64,000 nt of DNA. Origin: Octopus vulgaris (taxonomy: Eukaryota). Positions 38,633-50,834 of the stretch are shown in pieces (the stretch's first letter is position 1; every line of letters starts with the position of its first letter). The notes beneath the pieces are model-generated. The model made no database searches and was not told the origin of the DNA. It saw nothing but the letters and a program-made list of their open reading frames with translations. The stretch covers positions 74,834,001 through 74,898,000 of the forward strand of contig OX597826.1 in the NCBI GenBank assembly GCA_951406725.2, read 5' to 3'. A program made the position numbers and the translations under genes.

Positions 38633-38732
38633 CTTGTACGCAATAGGGTTTGTTAATGTGTTTGAAAGGCTGATAGTGCTATAAATCTCTTTCACATTCT
38701 CATCCAGTTGAAAACACAATTCATCAGCAGGT
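38633..38732 (-). CDS. MOSPD2: MOSPD2 exon (PADELCFQLDENVKEIYSTISLSNTLTNPIAYK)
   Basis: ttttttattcatAG / AAG|GTATGT, 100 nt, phase 2->0; start of the MSP domain. Confidence 0.95.
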
Positions 38733-39528
38733 CTATGAATAAAAAAAATATACATAATTCTTATTAATCCATTAATCTAATAATCCACCAGATATTGATA
38801 ATTATTAAAACAATACAAAGTAACATGGTTGCAAAGCAATGGTCACCGTGGCAAGGAGAGACAGGACATGTAACTTAACTCAAAATAAATGATATGGAAA
38901 ATTTACCTACTCAGCCGAATCTTCTGTCTCTGAGTTCAATCCTTGTGTTATTCATCGAAAAAGAATACATACCCAATAAAGGGACCCTACACTACTTGAA
39001 AGGGCAGTTGTGTCATCACTAACGGTTTTGCGTTCATGAAGCAGGTTGAGGGCCAAACAGCATGTGGATGTAACAACACTAACACACACCAGAACTGAGC
39101 AATGACTATGGTTGAGAGCTATTTGGCATGATAAGTGAAATGAGAAACAGTTTCATCCCAAATTGAACTTGGTTCTCGGACAGTGGAAAGAAGTTCTAGA
39201 TAGGCATAAGCATGGCTGAGTGGTAAGGAGTTTGCTTCCTGACCACATTGTTCTGGGTTCAGTCCCACTGCATGGCACCTTGGGCAAGTGTCTTCTACTA
39301 GAGCCTAGGGCTAATCGAAGCCTTGTGACTGGATAGGGTCAACTGAAACTGAAAGTAGCTCATACATGACTAAGGACTTTAATGAAACAGTTACTGACTA
39401 CAAAGCATAGAGAAGCCGTAATATGTGAGATGTGTCATTAGTAGGGATGTGAGGACCATCAACAAAAGTGAATAAGCAGAAAATTTCATTTATTCACACA
39501 TAACAAAATGAATAGGAAAGAGTCTCAC

Positions 39529-39599
39529 CTGATTGACAAAAGACGAGTCTGAAAACAATTGTCTTTGTTGTGAAATTTCTTTTCTAAAGAACTTAGAGC
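39529..39599 (-). CDS. MOSPD2: MOSPD2 exon (ALSSLEKKFHNKDNCFQTRLLSI(R))
   Basis: cactttcAG / CAG|GTGAGA, 71 nt, phase 0->2; LLSIRP precedes the MSP domain. Confidence 0.9.
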
Positions 39600-39728
39600 C
39601 TGAAAGTGATTAAAATAAATGATTACAACAAAACAATTTATTATTATTATCATTATCATTATTATAGTGACATCAATATTTTATGTATAGTATTACTGTG
39701 TATGTGTGTATGTGTATGTATATATATA

Positions 39729-41049
39729 TCAGGTCATCCCATAAGTTCTGTCAGATTTTACCTTTTTTAAAATTGAATGAAATTTAATGCTATTTTAGAA
39801 TGTCTAATGGAATTAAAAATTATTTTTATGCATTTGTGTACATTTAAACTAATTAAATATTATTTTACAGAATAATAGAATTAAAATTTGATTAAAACCC
39901 CTTCTAACATAGAAGTATCCAAAGAGCATTTGAGGCACATAATGCTTTATGAGTACAAAAAAGGAAACTCTGCAGCCGAAGTGACTCGAAACATACACTC
40001 AGTTTATGGGAAAGAATGCTTGAATGAAAGAACTTGCAGATGATGGTTTGCAAAATTCAGAAGTCAAGATTTCAGCCTTGAAGATGAAGATCGAACAGGA
40101 CGTCCAGTTGAGTTTGATGATAAACTCCTTGAGACATTACTTTCAGAAAATCCTGAAGAATTGGCAATAAAGCTTAGTTCAAACAATACAACTGTTCATC
40201 ATCATCTTTAACGACTTGGAAAGGTTCCTAATCTTGGAAAATGGGTGCCTCATGTATTGTCCGAAAGCAACCACAAACCCCGAGTTGACATCTGCTCTTC
40301 TTTCCATTCTCGTGGACTCATTTTACCCTTTTTGGATAGACTTGTGACTGGTGAAAAAAAATGGATCTTCTATTGAAATGTTAAATATCGTAAACAGTGA
40401 CTTGGTAAAAGGGAAAAAGCTCAACTACAACCAAGAAGGGAACTTCATGGAAAAAAATTCTTCATCCACATTATTCTCCTGACCTTGCTCCAAGAAGGGA
40501 ACTTCATGGAAAAAAAGGTTCTTCTCTCTATCTGGTGGGATTGCAAAGGAGTAATTCACTTTGAATTGTTACGACCTAATGCAACAATCAATGCTCAAGT
40601 CTACTGTCAGCAATTAGAGCATTTGAACCAGGCTTTGAAGAAAAATAAGCCCACTTTAGTGAATTGAAAAGGAGTAATGTTTCATCAGGACAATGCGTGA
40701 CCCCACACTGCAAAGATCACATCACAGAAGATCGAAGAGCTTGGTTGGGAAAAAATTCCTCATCCACCTTATTCTCCCGACCTTCAGAGTACCATTTGTT
40801 TCATAGTTTACAAAATCATTTGGGGGACATAACTTTCAAAAGCCAGGAGGAGATTGAAACTGACATTTCAGAGTTCTTCGCTTTGAAACCAAAAGAGTTT
40901 TACGTTGATTAAAATGCTTGTAAATAGATGGAAGGAAGTCATAGATAATCAGGGAAAGTACATTGATAATTAAATTTCAATTAAATATAACATTTGATCA
41001 CTTGTTTTCTTCATTCAAAAAATCGAACATAACTTATGGGATGACTTTA
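39729..41049 (+). mobile_element. Full-length (1.3 kb) inactive mariner transposon
   Basis: TIRs GTCATCCCATAAGTT(C/A)TGT, TA flanks, and transposase remnants. Confidence 0.95.
39909..40972 (+). pseudogene. Mariner transposase pseudogene
   Basis: EHLRHIMLYEYKKG..WFAKFRS..LEDEDRTGRP, WVPH, LVTGEKKWI, HQDNA*PH, PHPPYSPDL; multiple stops and frameshifts. Confidence 0.93.
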
Positions 41050-41175
41050 TATATATATATATATATTTATATATATAGTGAGAATTTACAAAAAAAAAAA
41101 ACAAAACAAAAGACGAAGATGGGTGTGTAAATAACAAACAGATGTATTAGTTTAACGCTCAGGAAGTGAGGAAGT

Positions 41176-41211
41176 CTTTTATGCTTCAAGCCTACGCTCT
41201 TCAACAGAAAG
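41176..41211 (-). ncRNA. Degenerate hammerhead-like motif (same family as 18686-18722)
   Basis: CTTT CTGTTGA A GAGC-GTAG-GCTT GAAG C ATA AAAG. Confidence 0.35.
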
Positions 41212-41353
41212 GAACACAGAAATAAAGAGGGAGAGAAAACAGAAAAGGGTTTAGTGGCTAGTGATCTATCATGGACCCTACACAACTTGAAAGGGCAGTT
41301 ATGTCATCACTAACAGTTTTGCGTTCATGAAGTAGGTTGAGGACCAAACAGCA

Positions 41354-42211
41354 TGTCCCAAAAGTCACTGGTCGGCTTCAATTTTTAATAACTTCCTTAA
41401 CTTTGCAAGTAAACGCACGAAATTTTGCTGCAATATAAAGGACATAATGGAAATTAATATGCACAAGTCAAAGTTTGCAACACCCCTACATCACATATGA
41501 AAAATGAAGTCGCTTAAACAGCAGCCATTTTCGGTTTCGCATGCTCATACCCTTTCCAAAACTTGCTCCATAACACCCTCAAGAGTTTCAGGCCCCACTT
41601 CTCTGATTTCTCTGTTTATGTTCTTCCGCTGCACCGGGGTTTCCGGTTTGTTGACATAAACCCTTTCTTTCAGGTATCCTCACAAGAAAAAATCCGGGCT
41701 AGTGAAGTCTGGGGAACGTGAAGGCCAGTTGGCATTGCCGTAGCAGGAGATTATTCTCTCTCCAAATCACTGCTGTAGCAACTGCATTGTTTCTCTTGTG
41801 GTGTGAGCAGTTGCCCCATCTTGCAGGAACCATGGGTGAGGCCTTTGAACGGCTGGGCACAAAAATGTCTCAGTCATGGATACATGAAAGAGAGGGTTTA
41901 CGTCAACAACCCAGAGACCCTGGTGCAACTGAAGGAGAACATCAATAGAGAAATCAGAGAAGTCGGGTCTGAAACTCTTGATGGTGTTACGGTGCAAGTT
42001 TTGGAAAGAGCACGGGTGTGCAAAGCCAAAAATGGCTGCCATTTAAGCAACATCATTTTTCATATTTGATCTAGTGGTGTTGCAAACTTTGACTTGTGCA
42101 TATTAATTTCCATTATGTCCTTTATATTGTACCAAAATTTCATGCATTTATTTGGAAAGGTAAGGAAGTTATTAAAAACTGAAACCCATCAGTGACCTTT
42201 GGGACACCCTG
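41354..42211. mobile_element. Fold-back Tc1/mariner-superfamily element made of two inverted 3' ends
   Basis: About 310-bp inverted arms ending TGTCCCAAA / TTTGGGACACCCTG-TA; minus strand WFLQDGATAHT..WPSRSPD..GYLKERVY, plus strand GYMKERVYVNNP..NGCHL. Confidence 0.88.
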
Positions 42212-42325
42212 TATATACACAGACATATATATATATTTTTACATATATGTATGTATATATATATATATATATTTATAGTAAGCAAGATAGGATTAAACAT
42301 GTGTGTGTACATATATTATTTATAT

Positions 42326-42367
<42 letters not shown>

Positions 42368-43265
42368 GTATATGTATGTATATATATTATATTTACATCA
42401 TCGTCATCATCATTTTGACATTCATTTGCCCATGTTTGCATGGGTCAGACAAAATTTGTTGAAGCAGATTTTTGTATGGCCAGATGCCCTCCCTCGTGCC
42501 AACCCCCACCAGTTTCCAAGAGAAGTAACATCTCCCCATGACCAGACATGAAGAACACTACTTGTGACCTCATTTACAACTGTAGTGCAACGACAAGACA
42601 AGAATACACACACACACTCATGCATGCATAACTGGTTTCTTTCAATTTCCATCTATCAAATCCACTCACAGGGCTTTGGCCAGCCCAGTGTCATAGCAGA
42701 AGACACTTGCCATAGAATGGGACTGAACCCAAAACCATGTGGTTGGGAAGCAAACTTAACCGCATAGCCACGTCTATGTTCATTATATAAATATTTATAT
42801 ACATACCTATATATTTAAATATTTACATGCATACAGATATATATGTGTGTGTGTGTATATGTATGTATGTATATATATATACACACACACACACATACAT
42901 ATATATGGAAAACAGAAGGGCAAGAACACTAACGAGAAATGTTACAGGAGCAATACTATTAGTAATTAACAATCATTTAATTACAACAACAATGAAAAAT
43001 ATAACACACCAACACACCAAAACAATAATTAGTAACAACACGAATATATATATTTATACACACACACAATTTGAGGAAGCAATATCCACATAAGGGATTG
43101 TTAAAAACAATCCTGATGCCAACTGGGTTTATCCAAATATATTGATAGGAAGTTGTTATATTTCGGAATGGTCATTTTGCCAGTTTAGCAACAACAAAAT
43201 AACAACAACAATGAAAAATATAACACACCAACACACCAAAATAATAATAATTTGCTTCCTCAAAT

Positions 43266-43298
<33 letters not shown>

Positions 43299-43480
43299 TT
43301 GTGTCATTACTAATTATTATTTTGGTGTGTTGGTGTGTTAAAATAATAATTAGTAACGACACAAATATATATATATATATATACACACACAATTTGAGGA
43401 AGCAATATCCACAAAATAACCCCCAAAACATATTTATTGATAGGAAGATCATCAATATATATGTGTATAACCGGTCTCGT

Positions 43481-43946
43481 GAAATTAAAAAGTCAATAAA
43501 GAAAATGGAGAAGAAAAACTAAGAAGATGCTTGGTTTGTTTTGTTTGTATTACAATTGGAAAAGCAAATTAAAAATGAAAAATTAACCTATAGGAGTATG
43601 AAAGGAACCCAACAAAATAAACCCCCAAAATATCCCCCAAAAAATATTCTACATACATACATATGTTTCGATATAACAAAATACAGATTACTGAATCTTT
43701 TAAAGTTATAATTATTGATGATTCTTAAATGTTGTTATATCAAAACATATGTATGTATGTAGAATATCTTTTTGGGGAGATATTTTGGGGTTATTTTGTT
43801 GGTTGAGGCGGTTCCTTTTATACTCCTATAGGTATATTTTTCCATCTTTTAATTTGCATTACTTTTCCATTTGTAACACAAATAAAACAAACCAAGCGTC
43901 TTCTTAGTTTTTCTTCTCCGTTTTCTTTTATTGACTTTTTAATTTC
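43481..43946. repeat. Inverted repeat, about 200-bp arms (43481-43679 / 43732-43946)
   Basis: The arms read as reverse complements around a 52-nt spacer. Confidence 0.9.
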
Positions 43947-43958
43947 TGTGTTTCTTTC

Positions 43959-44453
43959 AAATCTTGGCCAGTTTCTTGAGAAAGGGATCTCTTTTCATAT
44001 GTCTTTGGAAGCACAAAGCCAGCAAGATATTTTGACAAGAGGAATAACAACAACAACACAGCACTGCTTGTGGCGTGGGCTTTTTGGAGAAACATAAATG
44101 TAAACAAGCGGCGTTAGAAAGGGCATCCAGCTGTAGAAATACTGCCGGATCAGACTGGAGCCTGGTGCAGCCTCCTGGCTTCCCAGACCCCAGTTAAACC
44201 GTCCAACCCATGCTAGCATGGAAAACGGACGTTAAACGATGATGATGATGATGATGATGATGATGTGTGTGTGTGAGTATGTAGGCATGTTCATGCGTCT
44301 GTGCTTGTTTACATTTGTATTTCTCCAAAAAGCCCACGCCACAAGCAGTGCTGTGTTGTTGTTGTTATTTCTCTTGTCAAAATATCTTGCTGGCTTTGTG
44401 CTTCCAAAGACATATGAAAAGAGATCCCTTTCTCAAGAAACAGGCCAAGATTT
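43959..44453. repeat. Inverted repeat, about 150-bp arms (43959-44109 / 44303-44453) enclosing an RTE 3' fragment
   Basis: Near-perfect reverse-complement arms; the spacer holds GGGCATCCAGCTGTAG..(GAT)n. Confidence 0.92.
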
Positions 44454-44554
44454 AGTGATGTGAAGGGCATCTGATTCTAAATCAATGCTTCAATAATCTT
44501 GCCATCAAACCCATGCTAGCATGGGAAAGTAAAAACAAACAGTGGTAATATTAA

Positions 44555-44762
44555 TTAACCCCTTCGTTACTGTATTTGTTTTGAGATGCTCTGTGTTTCT
44601 TTCAATTTACTTTAAATATAACGAAGAATTTAGTAAAATAGCTCAGTTATCATTCAACTAGTGTTAGGAACATAAAAGATTTTAATTCAAAACTTATGAA
44701 AATAAAACATTTGCACTCAGAGCCACAACCGGTTTCAGCCGGATTGATAATGAAATGGTTAA
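44555..44762. mobile_element. TTAA-flanked MITE, second family
   Basis: TTAACCCCTTCGTTA ... ATGAAATGGTTAA; related copy at 49843-50074. Confidence 0.75.
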
Positions 44763-44959
44763 AGAACGGCTGAGAAAAAATATTGACAGACATTTGCTGC
44801 ATGATAACTTCATAGTATGTAGGCCCTAATATACTTGATATTTACTGGAATTGATAGGGATTTCTGCTGAAAGCCTGGAGTTTATTGGTATCTATGTTGC
44901 TACTACTACAGCCTTGTGGTGGTATGTATCCTGACATTATCAGAGATTAATTATATATA

Positions 44960-45176
44960 AGAGGTGGTGCTGAAAAGTTCCTGGCTTTAAGGATCTCGTG
45001 AAAGGCCCAGTTGGAGGCCCAATGTCCCAAGTTCATTTACAGAGCTTAGAGAAACTGAAGGACCACTGCCATAAGTGTGTGAATCTGGGAGGGGAATATA
45101 TTGAATAAAATCATAATTAACTGATCCTCCTGTATTTTCTTTTGCCCAAAGCTAGGAACTTTTCAGCACACCCTCG
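44960..45176. mobile_element. Mariner-derived MITE
   Basis: TIRs GAGGTGGTGCTGAAAAGTTCCTGGCTTT / AAAGCTAGGAACTTTTCAGCACACCCTCG, TA flanks. Confidence 0.82.
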
Positions 45177-45807
45177 TATATACATATGTGTGTTCACGTG
45201 TGTGCATGCACACACTGGGAGCCAAGTGGCACACATACTGATATTACTGGAGTGTATATAATAATAATATTACAGAAGATTCATGGTATCTTGACTGATA
45301 TTGCTGGGGTTTAGTGGTTTCCAGACTGGACAATAGATTTAGGTACAGTTACTAATGAAATTAGAGTTTATTAATTAAAATCATTATAATTACATTATAA
45401 CTATAAAGACAACTAGTCTAACCATAAAGCTGTTGAAATATTGCCTAAATTGCACAAAAAAAAAATAGTCCAAGTAAAATAAAGCAAGACAAAGAGATAA
45501 TTAAGGAAAAAAACAAAGAACGGTGTTTTTAGTGAATTGGTATATTAGTAAGAAAATCTTACCTTTGGAAAAGTGAACAGAAGATTTCGCTTTTGTTCTG
45601 TTTTTGTTTTTTTTTAAACAGTAAATATTAATGAAATAAATAAAATCCATAAAAAGGGTAAAAAAAGCAGAAGAAAGAGAGGGTTAAAGGTGTGTGGGCG
45701 AGTTGAAACTGAAACGACTACTGGAAAGGTAAGTGAGTGTTACAGATATAAGCAAGGACTAAATATGACACAGAATATTCTCTAGCTTTGGTCCAAGACA
45801 CACTTAC

Positions 45808-45885
45808 CAATGGCAGCCTACTTCCTTCTTTGAAACTATCTGAACTGTAGCTCCTAAGTAATGAGCTTGGTTCTGATATCTTCAC
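45808..45885 (-). CDS. MOSPD2: MOSPD2 linker exon (VKISEPSSLLRSYSSDSFKEGSRLPL)
   Basis: tttctttctttccgaAG / TTG|GTAAGT, 78 nt, phase 0->0. Confidence 0.82.
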
Positions 45886-46815
45886 CTTCGGAAAGAAAGA
45901 AATTGCAAACCAAGTTCAGAATTAGTCCCTCTCAACTCTATAGTGACGGCATACAGCATATAGAGAGAAAAACTACGATGGCTGTCACGCACACACAGAC
46001 ACAGCGAGTCTACCATAAGGGGGAAAATGAATGAAAGGTGAAGGGTGTCGGGTTTGAGAGTAAAATGAAACACTCTAAGTAAACAGTGGAATCCATTTTA
46101 ACGCAGCTGATAATCTTCTCCAGTGAAATTCTATGAAAGCATCGCAGCCTCCGTAATGTTCTTTGTTTTCTAAGGGGATTCAATTCAGGTTTGTCCTTCT
46201 TACTATGAAACTGTTTGTCTGAGTTGGTAGAGTCAGTAGAGTAACCAACAGAATAACAGTAGAAGTTAGTTACAACCCTTTACATTCTGAGTTCAAATCC
46301 TACCAAGGTTAACTTTGCCTTTTATCTTTTCAGGCCCGATAAAATAAAAGTACCAACTGAGCACTGGTGTCGATTTATATTGATTTCAAATTTTGGTACA
46401 AGGTCAGCAATTTCAAGAGAGGGGTCGAGTCAATTACATCGACCCCAGCACTCAACTGGTACTTATCTTATTGACCCTAAAAGGAAGAAAGGTAAATCAA
46501 CCTTGGCAGAATTTGAACTCAGAACATAAAGACACATGAAATGCTACTAAGAATTTAGCCCTGCAATCTAACAGTTCTGCCACCATCTTGATTTGTATTG
46601 CATCCACAAATGTGAATGGGGTTATAATAGAATACAGGATATGGTGCAAGGTTCTCGTGATAATGGTTAACAAATTAGTTCTTAGAGTCTCTTGTAGAGA
46701 GACTTAGAAATAATAATATTTCTATTTTTGAAAACCAGTGGATGTATTCCAATGAATTTAGGTAAATAATCCTTCGAACAGATGGTCAGTAGTGACGCCT
46801 GCTGGGTTTGGCTAC

Positions 46816-46858
46816 TCTGCATTGATAAAGGACAAATACCCTGAAACTAGTCTGCAGA
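46816..46858 (+). ncRNA. Degenerate minimal hammerhead ribozyme atop a long hairpin
   Basis: TCTGCA TTGATAA AGG-ACAAATAC-CCT GAAAC TA GTC^ TGCAGA; core CTGATGA mutated at two positions. Confidence 0.6.
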
Positions 46859-48958
46859 TGCCTGACCAGCAAGGGGAAACAGCTGACCTCTCCTGTTCAA
46901 AGGTTATAATGGACACAGGTTTGTGTGTCACATAGCTAGCTAGAGGCGATAGCCTCTTGGAGCTAATCAACGGCAGCTTTCGTCCTATATCTATGGACTG
47001 CCATATTAGCTCAGCGATAACTATTAATAAATTAGTTCTTCATTTCAAAGAAATCAGAAAACAAAGTCTGAATGACTGGCAAAATCAAGAATCAGACACC
47101 AAAGAAAGGAGAAGGATTACTAACAGACATTGAAACCAAAAAAAGTCTTGAAAAGAGAATATTAACGTTCAATGTACAGTTAGCATCAGAAGAAACATGC
47201 CAACCAGGAAAATTTTAAAGATCAAAAACTTCAATAAAGGTGAGCTATGGATATTTTCTATCAATTCATTGATAGCAATCATTATTTTTACTAATCTCCT
47301 GTGAATATTTCTGCAGAGAAAATTGATGTCAAACTGCATCTCAGATACAAGAGGCATGAAGAAATCAATGACTGACCTTTTTTTTTTTTTTTTGACCCTT
47401 TAGCATTTAAACCAGCCATATCAGGCCAAAATGTTCCAGTTGTTTCATGTGGAAACCAGCCAGATCTGGCCTCTCACACCTACCCTACAAAATCATTCTC
47501 AAAGTAAACAGTGACACCATCAAAATCCCGTAGTTACAAGATGATGTGCAATGGATTTAAAACAATGAGAATTAACAAGTAAGCATTCCATCTGACAGAG
47601 CAATCTGAAATACTAAAGGGTTAAACTAGAACCTTTAGGAACTGGTTGAGGATGACAGTCTTAGATAAATCCTGCTGAGATTGGGGTGAACTGGAGGTCA
47701 TTGTAATAACAACATATGACACAGCTGAAGGGCAAGCTCAACATGTCCCCTGACCGACAAGAAATAGGAGCAGGTCCCTCTGGAGAAAACTGGAATAATC
47801 ACAGATGGATATAAAAAAAAAGATATTTTTAATCATAGTCTGCTGGATCAGGACTGACCCAAGGATATTCTAAAACCATAGAATATCTGGTATATGTTGC
47901 ATCTGTCAAAATTAGACACATCATCACATCATCATTATCATTTAATGTCCTCCTTCGATGCTGGCATTTTTTTTTCACCCTTTTCAAGCCTAGCCAGGCT
48001 CATGGGCCCGGTTTCCCGGTCTCTATGGCGTATGTGTTCCCCCCAGCTAGACGGGACGCCAGTCCATTGTAGCGTTACTCAAGAAACAGGAAGAAAGTGT
48101 GAGGGAAAGTTGTGAAGAAAGAGTACAGCAGGGATCGCCACCACCCCCTGCTAGAGCCTCGTGGAGCTTTAGGTGTTTTCGCTCAATAAACACACACAAC
48201 GCCCGGTCTGGGAATCGAAACCGCAATCCTCCGACTGCGAGTCCGCTGCCCTAACCACTGGGCCATTGCGCCTCCACGTTCGATGCTGGCATAGGTTGAA
48301 CAATTTGACAAGAGCTGGCAAGGCGGAAGACTGCACCTCTTGAAAATGTTTGGTAACATCTTTGGTAGCATTCTTTCTTTCTGTAAATGTCTGAAACGTT
48401 TCATGCAATTACACCAGTTGCCCTTCTGTAGAGCCACATTAAACGGAAGATTCTTACAGAGGAAACTGGAGTGAATGTATGTGAAATGTGAAGTGAGACA
48501 TGATAGATCTCCTTTCAGACAAAACACCTGAGATCAGACACACACGCACACAACACACACACACACACACACAAACACACAGAGTGAAGTAAGTGCTATT
48601 TTATTAAATGTAACGAGCACAATAACTTTAATTAAACAAGACTAAACTGTACTAAACATTACTAAACTCAACCAAAAATTCAAAATAAAAAGCAAAAAGG
48701 TTGAGTTTTTTTGTTGGTTTTATTTTAGTGTTTTTTTAATTGAATTGACACACCAATGTCTTAATCCAAACTGGAAATAATTAAACTAATGAGCTCAAGG
48801 ATTGTCTGATGTTTAGCAGACATGATAATTACTCCAGACATGTTTTGCATATATTTCAATTCCTCAAAGACCACATAATCATGCAAGCAACTGTGAGATC
48901 AACAAAAACAGAAGAATATTTTATTGACATCCAAATTTCTTAAAGAAACTCAACTTAC

Positions 48959-49063
48959 CTTTCTTGAACTTGATGCGCCATCAGGTGAAATTTTGCTGTT
49001 GGTCACAGTGTCTGGTTCACAAAACATGGTCCCACTCGCAGTGTAGCTGGAGTGGAACTTATC
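48959..49063 (-). CDS. MOSPD2: MOSPD2 exon (DKFHSSYTASGTMFCEPDTVTNSKISPDGASSSRK)
   Basis: ttgtgcatcttAG / AAG|GTAAGT, 105 nt, phase 0->0; follows MGGT|D. Confidence 0.9.
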
Positions 49064-50224
49064 CTAAGATGCACAAAATAGCACAACTCAATTAGGATGC
49101 ATCAGATATTGTCTTTGAAGAGGTTAACAAGGTCATTTAATCCTTATCCCACACTCTGTCACAGATCAGGTTATCTCCTATATCAGTTTGAAAATTTGGC
49201 ACAAGGCCAGCAATTTCAAGGGAGGGAGTAAGTCGATGACACCGACCCCAGAACTCAACTGGTACTTATTTTATCAACCCCGAAAGGACGAAAGGCAAAT
49301 CTGACCGTGGCAGAATTTGAACTCAGAACATAAAGACAGATGAAATACTGCTAAGCATTTTGCCTGACATGCTAACGATTCCACCAGCTTCCTACCTTAC
49401 TATTATCTCGTATACTGTTAGATTATACTGTAGCATTATTGGACAGAGCCAGTTATATTACCAGTACCAGGAACTTGCATTTACCACCAAATGGTTTATG
49501 CTACCAACATACACATTGTCTGATGGTAAGCCTGAGAACTTGGTCTTGTGAAGATATTCAAACCATCACTTATAACAACACTGATGTACAAATCATGACC
49601 ACAACCAACAACAAGGCACCCAAGGTCCCAAAGCCATGGCATACAAACTTCTTATGAAGATTCAGAAAGCCTTCACCTGTTAATGATACACTTGATTCTA
49701 GTCTCAAAGAATGAAATATTTCTCTTTCTAACTTCAACTTTAGATTCACACCAACAATGGAGTAACAGGGTCAAGCGATAACATCTCTCATTCTCTGCAT
49801 TCGTTAAAACATATTACTTAAATGTCAACAACAGTAATGAGGTTAACCTTTTCGTTAGTGTATTTATTTTGAGATGCTCTTGTGTTTCTTTCAATTAATT
49901 CTAAATATAACAAAGAGTTTAGTAAAATAACTCTGTTATCATTAAGCTAGTGTTAGGAATGTAAATTGTGACTAAAGGTTTGGTGGAAGATTTTAATTCA
50001 AAACTTATGAAAAAAAGACATTTGTTCTAAAGAGCCAGAGGCAGTTTCAACAGGGTTGGTAATGAAAGGGTTAAACACTTATTTCAGAAAACATTCTTCA
50101 AAATTTCCGTGGTTCCTGAAATTCACCAACAGAACACCAGATGTCTCCCAACACATTTTCCTATAAACAACACATTCACTGTTCACTTCTTGTGCATTAT
50201 TCTATGTACTGTTCACGCACTTTT

Positions 50225-50602
50225 TTTTTCTTTTGTTTATTTCATTCATTTGACTGCAGCCATGCTGGAGCACTGCCTTTCAGTCAAAGAAATTGACCCC
50301 AGGACGTATTCTTTGTAAGCCTAGTGCTTTGACCGAACCACTAAGTTACAAAAACGTAACCACACCAACATCGGTTGTCAAGCAATGATGGGAGGACAAA
50401 CACAGGCACACAAACAAATAGATACACACACACACATACGACAGGCTTCTTTCAGTTTCCATCTACCAAATCCACTCACAAGACTTTGGTTGGTCCGAGG
50501 CTATAGTAGAAGACACTTGTCCAAGGTGCCACGCAGTGGGACTGAACTCGGAACCATGTGGTTGGGAAACAAGCTTCTTACCACACAGCCACCCCTGCGC
50601 CT
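50225..50602 (-). mobile_element. SINE family B
   Basis: Family B body with tRNA head ending at about 50602. Confidence 0.85.
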
Positions 50603-50834
50603 ATACTTTTCCTGATGAGCTGTTGTGCACCTGGGCACTGTATACAATTAGTTCATTATTATTAACAGGTGAAAGTTCTTCAATGAATTTATAATGACCA
50701 ATTTTCATTTTGGGTTTTATAAAAAAACCTCTTTATGAGCAACAGAAGAGTTAATTCTCCACTCAAAGCAAGATACAAGATACAAGTATTACTAATTAAG
50801 TTAAAACAGAAGACAGCAAGAATATTTTAATTAC

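Noticed and set aside
50612-50640. CTGATGAG motif
   Set aside because: No downstream GAAA or stem III; not a hammerhead.
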